DNA of 64,000 nt. Origin: Chrysomallon squamiferum. Lineage: Eukaryota > Animalia > Mollusca. Location of the stretch: positions 14,508,001 through 14,572,000 of the forward strand of contig CM022674.1 in assembly GCA_012295275.1 (NCBI GenBank), in the 5' to 3' direction. The notes beneath the pieces were generated by a model. The model saw nothing but the letters and a program-made list of their open reading frames with translations. It made no database searches and was not told the DNA's origin. Shown piece by piece: positions 1-11,274 of this stretch (positions are counted from its first letter, which is position 1; each line of letters begins with the position of its first letter). Position numbers and translations under genes: made by a program.

Positions 1-65
1 ATTCACGACAAATAATTCACGACAAATAATACACGACAAATAATTCACGACAAGTAATTCACGAC
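1..65. repeat. 14-bp tandem repeat (attcacgacaaata) x~4.5, truncated by window edge
   Basis: Directly visible periodicity. Confidence 0.85.
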
Positions 66-861
66 TTGACGCATAATGAGACAGCCACATTACTTTAATA
101 TGAAATTTATCTCTTTTTTTTTTTTATATATATTTAAATTAATAAAATAAATAGTAATTATTTGCATATTAATGTAAATAGTTATCTAATTATTTACACT
201 GACATATTTCAGTCAGAAGAACGCTTCCGCTAAAATAGTCGGAGAAAAACGTAATTGAAACGTTTTACTGAATTACAACAGATACTAGAAATTCATAAAT
301 TAATTACGTTTTTTTGAGTAAAAAATTAGATTAAACACTAACGTCGTGTTGAGCTGTTTGTTACTAATAAGCTTGAATTTATTTTTGTTTATTCTACAGA
401 ATAATTTTATTACACTAAACTACTTTGAACGCGTTTACTGTTCGCGAGCATTATATATAAATTAAAAACTTTTATTGTAGCATTTAAACATAATAAAAAT
501 GAAAATCGATTATTTTTATTACATCTTTTTGATAATGATGTCGTTAAAGTTTATTATAATCAATATTTGGGGATGGACTGGTTTACAAATTTCTATATCT
601 AAAACCAAACTTTATATTTTTATCTAACGATTCTTAGAGGCAGTAAACATGTATGTGCATAAGCTCACGTACACATATGTAGATACTGTAGGCAGTGAGA
701 TTCACATAATTATTACTTAAATAAAATCAGATAGATACAGCTGAACAACACACAGGTGTACACCTCTGCCAGAGATAATAATTAAAAAACTTATAAAAAT
801 AATAAATAATAATAATAATAATAATTAAAAATATAAATAAAATAATGTTATGATGTTGCAG

Positions 862-1029
862 CTGCAGAGTCAGAACATGAAGATAGAGAATGTTTTGAAG
901 GCTAACGACATCCAGTTTGAGTTGATAGACATCTGCACTGACACAGCACTCAGAGAGCAGATGAGGGAGAAGATGGGAGACCCCACAGCCATACCCCCCC
1001 AGATCTTCAACGGAGACAACTACTGTGGA
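862..1029 (+). CDS. SH3BGRL: SH3BGR-like glutaredoxin-fold protein, internal coding exon (first coding exon probably upstream of window)
   Basis: ttgcag acceptor ending at 861, GTGAGT donor at 1030. Translates LQSQNMKIENVLKANDIQFELIDICTDTALREQMREKMGDPTAIPPQIFNGDNYCG; the PPQIFN..YCG motif is characteristic of the SH3BGR family. Confidence 0.9.
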
Positions 1030-1062
1030 GTGAGTTGTTTACTAATAACAGCAATAGTAGTA

Positions 1063-1110
<48 letters not shown>

Positions 1111-1398
1111 GCAATAATAATAATAATAATAACAATAATAATAGCAATAATAATAATAATAGTAGTAATAGTAATAATAACTGTAATGATCATAACAAAA
1201 ATAATTTAATAATAATAATACTAATAATAATATTAATAATAATAATTAAAATAATAAAACACAATGACAATTGTAAAAATTGAAAGAAAAAATTAGTAAT
1301 AATTGTTATACAAACAACTTAGAATCCATTTTTTTATATTAAATTTTTTATTTTTTTACATTATGTTTTTCATTTTCAAGTTTACTCTTTGTTTTCAG

Positions 1399-1464
1399 AA
1401 TTTTGATTCCTTTATTGAAGCAGTTGATGATGGAGTCCTTAAAGAATTTCTCAAACTAAAGTGA
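1399..1464 (+). CDS. SH3BGRL: SH3BGR-like protein, last coding exon
   Basis: ttttcag acceptor, phase 0 matches the previous exon. NFDSFIEAVDDGVLKEFLKLK* matches the family C-terminus (F.EA.E...L.EFLKL). Confidence 0.9.
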   Translation, partial: NFDSFIEAVDDGVLKEFLKLK

Positions 1465-1475
1465 TTTAGTGTTAC

Positions 1476-1501
1476 GTAAGTTTAAAGTTTTGTTATTATT
1501 A

Positions 1502-1557
<56 letters not shown>

Positions 1558-1769
1558 GTCATTATCATTGTTATCAATAATAATGTGATTATAATTATTT
1601 TTTTAATTTATTTTTTATTTTATTTTATTTTATTTTATTTTATTTTTTTTTTATTTTTTTATTTTTTTTATATATTTATTTATTTATTTTTTTGTTTTGT
1701 GTTCTTATTACCTTATAATATGCAGGGTTATATAATGTAGTAAATACTATTTTGCTGTTTTGTTTTCAG
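1476..1769 (+). other. Putative intron in the SH3BGRL 3'UTR
   Basis: Consensus GTAAGT begins 12 nt after the stop; polypyrimidine tract and ttttcag end at 1769; AT-microsatellite fill resembles other introns. No transcript evidence. Confidence 0.5.
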
Positions 1770-1856
1770 TGTTTTGTCGTGGATGTTGATGTGTGTGTGA
1801 ACAGACTTTGATGCAAACCTGAAGTCAGCATTCGTCTCTCTGTGACGTTTACACCA

Positions 1857-2330
1857 ATATTTTTAAACAATTACAATACATATAAACATGTTTTTAAACA
1901 ATTGCAATACATATAAACATGTTTTTAAACAATTACAATACATATAAACATGTTTTTAAACAATTACAATACATATAAACATATTTTTAAACAATTTCAA
2001 TACATATAAACATATTTCTAAACAATTACAATACATATAAACATGTTTTTAAACAATTACAATACATATAAACATATTTTTAAACAATTACAATACATAT
2101 AAACATGTTTTTAAACAATTACAATACATATAAACATATTTCTAAACAATTACAATACATATAAACATGTTTTTAAACAATTACAATACATATAAACATA
2201 TTTTTAAACAATTACAATACATATAAACATGTTTTTAAACAATTACAATACATATAAACATATTTTTAAACAATTACAATACATATAAATATGTTTTTAA
2301 ACAGTTATAATACATATAAACATATTTCTA
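1857..2330. repeat. 31-bp minisatellite (tttttaaacaattacaatacatataaacatg) x~15
   Basis: Directly visible; probably within the SH3BGRL 3'UTR. Confidence 0.9.
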
Positions 2331-2366
2331 AACTTACTGCCTTAACACAATACTTAGGAAGAACTA

Positions 2367-2443
<77 letters not shown>

Positions 2444-4274
2444 ATATACAATGATTTTGATCAGACATACAAAATAAAACAAATTATTCTGTGTGTGAAA
2501 ATATTGGTGTAAATTTGAGTAAAAAGCAAACACTTAATATAAGCGCAGTGTATGACGGAATGTGTGAGATCAGCTTGTATGTATGTTCTTCACTTCTTCT
2601 TTTCCTTCATGTAGTGACTTTTATACTAATCTGTTTTTTGTTATTATTATTATTATTTTTTATATATATATAATAAATAATTAATATGGCTATTTGATTT
2701 TGGTAAATAAATGGAACTAAGTGTATTGCGCAATAATTGTATTTTTATTTTTTCAATTTAATTTGTATTTTAATAAAAGGTAAAATTTGCCCAGGCTTTC
2801 ATTGTTCATGCATTTTTCTACTTACATTTTATAATCATCTGCTGTATATGTAAACTGTAATATGTACATGTATCTAATATATGTATCCTGTCTGAACATT
2901 AATACAAATATTTGTCACATGTATGCATTTTAAAACATTCTTTCAAAGATGTGTAATATATAATATTATGCATTTTTATAAAATGTTTTTAATGTTTGTT
3001 AAAAAATGATAAAAAACATTTATCATTTCTCCTTAACCATGTCAATCCAAGTTACATTTATATATTTGTTTCTCAGTTCTTGAAATCATTAATTTCATAT
3101 ATCTGTTAATTATTGTAATTGTTAATGATAATATATTTTCTTAGATTTTATTTTAAGACAGCATAGTTAAAATTTGAATTCACCTTATATTTTATAAAAA
3201 AAAATACCAAAAATTTATACACTGAAGCCAGTAATATGAATGAAATTTGATGTTAATAAATTCATTGTCAATACATTTGTAAAATTGTGAAAAATTAATT
3301 TTATGAAGATGAATTTTGAATTTTAATTTTTTCGTTATTAAAATAAAGTAACAAATAAGCATTCCATTCACAAACATACCTTTGTATGAGTGATATGTAT
3401 ATTTGTACAAAACCACTTTAGAGAATAATGATGATGAAAATAATAATAATAATAATAATAATAATATAGATTTAATTGGCAGATTTAGAACATTAATGAT
3501 GACTTAATTGTTTGTCAGTCATTCACTGACTCAGTAACTCACATTATTTACATATTTATGATTTAGTGTAACTTCGGCTGTAGTTTAAAAAGCTAAAGGT
3601 TAAAAGATGTACATAATCGCGATAGTAGAAGGGACATAACTCTTGACTGCACTCCGAAACATTTATAAGGTGGCGTTAACAATTATGTGACGTCACAACA
3701 ATAGTTTTTACGTGTTTAGTTTGTTTTGTATCACCAAGTGCTTACCACTTTCCACTGCCATTTTGTTGATGTAATTCTTTTCATGAAACAAAACAGAAGA
3801 ATGAATTTATTTTCATTATTTATTTTAGTTTTATTTTATATTGTTTATTATTGTTTTCTTATTTGTTTTCGTTCCATTTTCATTTTTTCTGTTTTTAATC
3901 TAGTTTTTACTTTGTTAAGTTTATATATATTTTTTATTTTATTTATTATTTATTTATAATAATAATAACTATTATTATTATTATTGTATGTAATTTACTT
4001 TGTTTTTGTTTATATTAATTTATCTACTCATTTAAATATTTATTTTATTGCTATATTTTATTTATTTATTTTTATATTATTTTTTATTAGTATTATTTTT
4101 ATTAGTATTATTTCTTTTTTTTTCTGTATTTTGGATTATGGTAATATTTTCAACAGTGCAAGTGCTTATTTTTAAAAAAATGTGTTCTTTATTGCTTAAT
4201 GTAAACTTGAGTTGAACAATAAATAAAATATAATAATATATTTTCTGTTTTTAATTTAGTTTGTAATGAAAATC

Positions 4275-4319
<45 letters not shown>

Positions 4320-4596
4320 TTGAATGGCAGAATAAGTAATTCAGTGTAGTTACTATGATGAATCTTTGGTTTAACCTCGCTGTGACCGCAGTCTGTAAGG
4401 ATTAGTAAGGGATTAACTGATACGGCTGAACGCTTCAGTCGCTATAGTCAGTGTCATTAAAGTGAAAACTTATTCAGAATCCAAGCCCATTTTTAAATAA
4501 GCTGCAAGCACTATGGTAATAATATATGTACATACCTATGTATATGTAACACAGGATTGTTCAGCATGGTGTGTCGATATACACCCGCTAGACACA

Positions 4597-5130
4597 ATGA
4601 CAAACGATCAGGAAAATGTTCGATCTCTGCCAAATGCTCAGGGTGGTGACAGTTTGGTGCAGTCAGGTTATAAATTTAGAATAAAAAGTCGCCGACATAA
4701 CGGAACCGTTCACTGGCGATGTTGCCAGAAAGACTGACCAAAACAATGACAGAAACACTGACCAACACACGGGATAAAACAATGACAGAAACACTGACCA
4801 ACACACGGGATAAAACTATGACAGAAACACTGACCAACACACGGGATAAAACAATGACAGAAACACTGACCAACACACGGGATAAAACAATGACAGAAAC
4901 ACTGACCAACACACGGGATAAAATAATGTCAGAAACACTGACCAACACACGGGATAAAACAATGACAGAAACACTGACCAACACACGGGATAAAACAATG
5001 ACAGAAACACTGACCAACACACGGGATAAAATAATGTCAGAAACACACGGTAACAGCAGCTCAAGAATTCCTGGCAAATGTAAAGGTCAGAACTCCGACA
5101 GAAACCAGATCGTTTCCGTCCATATGTCAA
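4597..5130 (+). mobile_element. Decayed FLYWCH zinc-finger / Mutator-like (MULE) transposase fragment
   Basis: GGDSLVQSGYKFRIKSRRHNGTVHWRCCQKD* fits FLYWCH (G..L...GY.F.....WRC). After a stop, a frameshift and a tandem repeat, the sequence continues AAQEFLANVKVRTPTETRSFPSIC, similar to the helix following FLYWCH in MULE-type proteins. No TIRs identified. Confidence 0.55.
4733..5050. repeat. 36-bp minisatellite (ctgaccaacacacgggataaaacaatgacagaaaca) x~8.5
   Basis: Directly visible; it is the source of ORFs 4719..5186 and 4676..5077. Confidence 0.9.
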
Positions 5131-6079
5131 AAAATAGTAGTAGTAACAGTACTACTGTTATTATTTTCATTTCATTTTGCTTTTAGGGGTGTGTCTGGGG
5201 GTGGGGGTCGATGGAGGAAGGAGTGATAGCAGAAATATCGTTTGTCTATCAGTATATGTCTACGAGGAGTAAGTAATTATTTACTAACAGCGCTACGATC
5301 AAGAGAAGGAGACGACGTGGTGTCAGCGTCTCAGTTTCCTGTCAGAGTGGAACACGTCAGATATCTGGTCATTCGTTTAGTTTAAAGCAGAGTGAGAGAG
5401 ATAAACGGGTAGATGCAAATCAAACAAGGAAGACACAAAAACACGCATTTCACAAAATTATCAGTAAAACGTCTAAATAGTTTAAACTAATTTATTTCTG
5501 AGTCTGTTTGTAAATGATGACGTCATTCGCTGTTTCCTCCGGTCACACGAGATTTTGTTCAGCACATCTCACCACAGTCGTTCAACATACACTGAAAACT
5601 GAAAACACTGAGGTGAATTATTTTATTTTATTTCATTTTATTTTATTTTATATTTTTTATTTTTTATTGTTTTGTTTGTTTGTTTGTTTGTTGATAATCA
5701 TAATTATTGTTATTGCTGTTATTGTTACTGATACCATTAATGGTGTTGTTGTTATTGTTGTCATTGTTGTTGTTAGTCATCGTCCAGAAAATCAGATTTG
5801 CGATGTTAAAAACAGTTAGACTGGTTGTGCGCTCCGGACACATACAGGAGGCGCCACACATTTCACTTCCGGTTGGAAGCCCTGCAGTAAATCACAGTTA
5901 TAATAACAAAAAAAACAAAAAAAAAACAAACAAAAAAAAAAAAATAAAATAAAATAAATAAAAAATGAAGGAAGCAGAAGAATGAAGGAAAAAAGAAAAT
6001 GTACGTACATCTCTACCTTGTAACAAAAACACCAAACAACAACCACAATAACAGCAGTAGTAGTAGTAGTAGTAGTAGT

Positions 6080-6114
<35 letters not shown>

Positions 6115-6475
6115 TAGTAGTAATATATAGAACGTCAATAGCAACAACAAGACGATAGTACTATTACTACTACTATTTCTACCGCTGCTACAACCACCAC
6201 CATTACCACCACTACTACCACAGCGCAATTATTGTTTTATTTCTGTCGTAATTTTACTAAATAGGTGGATATATGCCACCTAGCGATGTGTTCTCTTTAA
6301 CGATTGGGTTTTAAAAGTCAACATTAACCACATTAACCAATCACGGAATGAAATCACGGAAGTAATTAGTGTTTTATTTATACACGTTTAAAAAGTATTA
6401 TGTTTTCTATCTTTTAAAGAAATGAAATTTCGTCATCAGCTCTTTTATTTATTTATTTATTTATTAATTATTGTG

Positions 6476-6556
<81 letters not shown>

Positions 6557-7041
6557 AGTGATATTCATAGTAACCATACCAGCTGTAGGTGTAATAACAG
6601 TTGTAGTAGAAATACTAGTAAACGTCCTGTTGTTGTTGTTGTTGTTGTTGTTGGTGCTGCTGTTCTTGCAGTTTTTTTATTTTTATTTATTTACTTATTC
6701 GGAACGTTATCATTAGTAAAATGAAAATAGTCTAGATAATATAAATATTTTAATTGGAGAACTGCCTTGTTTAGTTTTGCAGTCTGGAACACATTCAAAA
6801 TTTTTGTTTCCATCTTAGTTTTCTTTTCAGTCTTCACAAACAATAATCGAGTAATCCCATAGCTGACGCGCTTGAGCAATATTTCTAATTAGAATGCTGA
6901 CATCTCTCTAACGATTCACGAAAAATGAACAAAGAAAGAAAAGAAATATTTTTATTGTTGTGTAAAGGAAATGAAAAATCGGAAAGTGTTTCCAATATGA
7001 ATAATATTGTAATTGTTTTTAATTTTGTTGTTTTTTTATTT

Positions 7042-7088
<47 letters not shown>

Positions 7089-7768
7089 CATAACGTAAAG
7101 CCACGTCCCTGCGATTATTTTACTAATGGGAGATAACTCAAACACGTTATATTGCACGTATAATTACTTTCCTCTTGCAAACTAGTTTAACGTGTATGTG
7201 TGTATATGTGCCTCGTTGTATGTATGTGTGTATATGTGCCTCGTTGTATGTATGTGTTTTTGTGTTTATGTATGTTTGTTTCTTGCCTTCATTAAAGAAC
7301 TGTTTTGTTTTTGTTTAATGTAGTAAAAACAGGAATATAGTTTTGTTATAAGATAAACAAACAGGTAAGTAAGTAAGTAAGCAAATGCATAAACAGGAAC
7401 ATGGCGCATTCTGTTTAAAAAAAAATAAACTTCTGACTAGCAGACGTCGTAAACTAACAAGTCTGCACTTCCGGGGAACATGTTAGTAGAAAATTTGACA
7501 CAAAATCATTTCTTTACTTCCCGCCCGCTAGCGTAGTTTTATCTTCCAAAACATGAATATAACAAACTGATTTATTATAAACAAACAAAAATAATTTAAA
7601 GTCAGATGTAACAGTGTATTCATTTATTTATTTTTTTTTTACATCTGGGTTTATTGAAATACATAACTGTAATGTATAACAATCATTTTCTTTATGTCTA
7701 AATGTTAATAGACCGCTTCTCTTTCTTTCTTTCTTTCTTTTGTTTTTTCTTTTTGGAACTAAATATCC

Positions 7769-8542
7769 TTAACTTCTTTTGTTGTCAGTGCTGACGCTGT
7801 TGCGGTTGTTGTACGCAGTGAGAAGGTCGCTGACAAAGCGCCTCGAGTCGAGGTCTGTGTTAGAAAAGGTTTGACGCGACAGTGGGTCCGATCTTTTACC
7901 AAATCCACCGAAAACACTCGACGAACCAATTCGATCAAATCTTTTGCTGCCGTCGCCTCTCGGCGCGTCTCCACCATCCACAGCGTCAGCGTCGCGCTTC
8001 CCAAATGTGCGAAAGTTGCTTCCGGAATCTATGGAGTCAAACTGACGCTTTCCAAATTTTCCAAAAGTACTTCCGTAAGCAATGGAGTCAAATTGGCGTT
8101 TTCCAAATCTTCGAAAGTTATTTCCTGAATCGATAGAGTCGAACTGGCTCTTTCCAAATCTTCGAAAGTTATTTCCTGAATCGATTGAGTCGAACTGGCT
8201 CTTTCCAAATCTTCGAAAGTTGCTTCCTGAATCGATTGAGTCAAATTGGCGCTTTCCAAATCTTCGAAAGTTGCTTCCTGAATCGATTGAGTCAAATTGG
8301 CGCTTTCCAAATCTTCGAAAGTTGCTTCCTGAATCGATTGAGTCAAATTGGCGTTTTCCAAATCTTCGAAAGTTGCTTCCTGAATCGATTGAGTCAAATT
8401 GGCGTTTTCCAAATCTTCGAAAGTTGCTTCCTGAATCTATTGAGTCAAATTGACGCTTTCCAAATTTTCCAAAAGTACTTCCGTAAGCAATGGAGTCAAA
8501 CTGTCTCTTATCAGCAGCATCTGATTCCTTCTTCTTTATTGC
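7769..8542 (-). CDS. Neuropeptide precursor (pedal peptide/orcokinin-type), last coding exon with 11 amidated peptides
   Basis: Minus-strand tttggcag acceptor ending at 8543, 774 nt open to TAA. Translates AIKKKESDAADKR-QFDSIAYGSTFGKFG-KR-(QFDSIDSGSNFRRFG)x5 separated by KR-KS-(QFDSIDSGNNFRRFG)x2 separated by KS-KR-QFDSIAYGSTFGKFG-KR-QFDSIDSGSNFRTFG-KR-acidic spacer-KR-FDRIGSSSVFGGFG-KR-SDPLSR...NKRS*. Shows dibasic convertase sites, Gly amide donors and N-terminal Gln. Confidence 0.93.
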   Translation of the reverse strand, partial: AIKKKESDAADKRQFDSIAYGSTFGKFGKRQFDSIDSGSNFRRFGKRQFDSIDSGSNFRRFGKRQFDSIDSGSNFRRFGKRQFDSIDSGSNFRRFGKRQFDSIDSGSNFRRFGKSQFDSIDSGNNFRRFGKSQFDSIDSGNNFRRFGKRQFDSIAYGSTFGKFGKRQFDSIDSGSNFRTFGKRDADAVDGGDAPRGDGSKRFDRIGSSSVFGGFGKRSDPLSRQTFSNTDLDSRRFVSDLLTAYNNRNSVSTDNKRS

Positions 8543-8777
8543 CTGCCAAAATAAATAAATAAATAAATACTACTACTACTACTCTACTACTGCTGCTATT
8601 ACTATTACTATTACTACTACCATTACTACTAATACTATTGCCATTGCTACTATAACTACTACATATTACTAGTAAACAGCCACAGCTGCTGCAGTTACTA
8701 TATTTCTTATGTTGTTTTTGTTTTGTTGTTGCTGTTGTTGGTTGTGTTCTTTTGTTGTTTTATCCATGATATTTTAC

Positions 8778-8861
8778 CTGTGTTTCATCAAAGGAATATA
8801 CGCCACCAAAAAACAACAGCAGCGACAACGTCAAAGTGATTTCGAGTCGTCGTTGTTCCAT
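8778..8861 (-). CDS. Neuropeptide precursor, first coding exon (signal peptide)
   Basis: MEQRRLEITLTLSLLLFFGGVYSFDETQ then CAG|GTAAAA donor (phase 0, matching the acceptor at 8542). Basic n-region, hydrophobic core, V-Y-S cleavage motif. An upstream tttcag acceptor ending at 8902 implies a further 5'UTR exon. Confidence 0.9.
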
Positions 8862-8952
8862 GCTGAACGTCGTATTCAAGCTGTTTTCTTCTACGATGAT
8901 TCTGAAATTTAATAAAACTCTTTATGAAAGAAATCTCTCTCTCTCTCTCTTT

Positions 8953-9005
<53 letters not shown>

Positions 9006-9445
9006 ACACACACACACACAAACACGTGCAGAGACACGTACAAGAATTCATGCCTGTACATATCTATTTGACAAAGATTTACAAAATTTAATACATTAAA
9101 ATTAAAATGTCTCGAAATGAAAGAATGGATGAAAGAAGGAGAAAAAAGTGGTTGTAATTTATTCACTTCAGTGACAACCAAAACGAAATTTCAATTTCAT
9201 CCCCAATTTTCTTCACCCTGCAGGCCGCAACACAAATCTGATTAGAAATTCTATACTGTTATTACACCAAGCTGATTTTATTTCTTATCATTCTGAGTCT
9301 TTTCTTTTTCTTTTCTTTTCTTAATGTTTTTCTTCTTCTTTTGCGGTTATCTAATTATATGGAATGAATTTATTTAATGAACCAAAAAAGAAATAACGAG
9401 AGCGTGTAAGTGAGCTAGAGAGAGAGAGAGACAGGGAGGGAGGGA

Positions 9446-9547
<102 letters not shown>

Positions 9548-10012
9548 TGAATGGATGGATGGATCTGTGGATAAAGAGAGAGACAGAGGGAGACAGAGAG
9601 AGACAGAGAGAGACAAAGTATTTTAAATGTTTGTTTTGAGTGCCTCCTGGCTATTAAGTCTACATCCGCCGGTTATGAGCCGGAAGTTGGCTTTGCCTAA
9701 GATTTGTGCCAAAGATCAAAGTTAACAGAGAGAAGATCAAAAGAAATGTAATAATTTCAGTCGATGTTCAAAGTAAGCCTAATTTTAAAACTGGAGATGA
9801 CATCTAGAAGATAGTACAAGAATGTCGTGATATTTTCTCTAAGACAAAGCCTAGAGAAATGGGTAATGTGTAATACAGAATTAATACCCATCAGAAAAAT
9901 AATCCACAGTAAACTGTCGAAAATAAATGTTATAAATAATCTTAAGATGTCCTACAGACAAACCAGCCTCGACACACACACGCACACACGCACACACACA
10001 AGCACACACGCC

Positions 10013-10044
<32 letters not shown>

Positions 10045-11239
10045 GAGAAAGAGAGAAAGTCAGGGATACTTTGCGCACATATATATACATATATGAAACA
10101 GATGTAAACAGATACATCAACACGAACACATTTTTATTTTTATTTTTTTTAAACGAATATAAAAACTACATATTCTATAATTTGATTTTTTAACGAAGAC
10201 ATGTTCACACCCTGCAACCTAATTATACAAAACTTAAAGATTATTTTAATCAAGTGTCCGCTTTATATGGGAGGCGCATGTCACCCGTGACTGAAGCACT
10301 GAAGCGTGAAAACCCAGTGACGTGTTGTTACTCAAGTGCAGCTATATCAAACAGTCACACGAAGATGATTTAATAAACTTTCTGCCAGATTTAAAACTAT
10401 AAATTAACGTCTGCATCAGCGGCACCAATTTCAACTACGTAATTAAATAGCGAGTCTGCAGTAACGTTCAGGTTTAAAACGGTAGATTAGTGAATGTGTA
10501 TTGACATAGTTGTCAGCTGTGTGCTTCATTCAGTTGCACCAGTGTAATCAAATAGCTTCATCTCGACAGGAACTCATAACGTGCAGGACTGTAAATTAAT
10601 GTCGACATCAGAGACTGCACTGACACGTCAAATCTGTTATTTCAACCAATTACACCAACAAAGACAATTCAGTAAGCTTTCCGCTGCATTTCATCCACGT
10701 GTCTGTAATCAGTCGAGTTTTACACGGAGGACAGTTTTACACAATAAAACAATCAGCACTATTACAAATGTTACACCTGTACTGAATACTTAACTTCGTA
10801 AACCAGCAAATCTAAAGCGTAGAAAAACAACATAAAAAAAAAAAAAAAAAACAAAAAAAAAACAAAAAGTTCTCTTTATGAACGCATTCGAACATATCAT
10901 CACAGCATAAAAAAGCTGGTGACACAAATGACAAAAATCTCTGGGGAACCTTACAGGATTATTTATTTCACAGACTAATATTTAGTTAAAATATTTTTTT
11001 ATGTTCAACACACATTCATTGTGAGTGCATTCGCCCGCTGTGAAAATCAAACATTTTACTCGTGAAAACATTTTACTCGTGAAAACATTTTACTCGTGAC
11101 GCGAAATCGAAACACAATTAGCCGACTCATCTCTCTCAGAATTCCCCGTTGTGTAAATATTGACAATATTTCTAATAAACACATTTACACATTTTAAATA
11201 GTCCAGTTTTGTACTCTTGTTTTAATATATATGTATACA

Positions 11240-11274
<35 letters not shown>

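Noticed and set aside
528-590. VVKVYY-like frame as SH3BGRL first exon
   Set aside because: No in-frame ATG just before it and no suitable phase-0 donor; probably chance.
8029-8562. ORFs 8029..8412(-), 8082..8453(+) and 8185..8562(+) resembling leucine-rich repeats (TFEDLE..NLT, FPNLRKL)
   Set aside because: These are alternative frames of the neuropeptide repeat. The 17-aa period is too short for an LRR, and only the third minus frame has splice sites, a signal peptide exon and KR/G processing signals.
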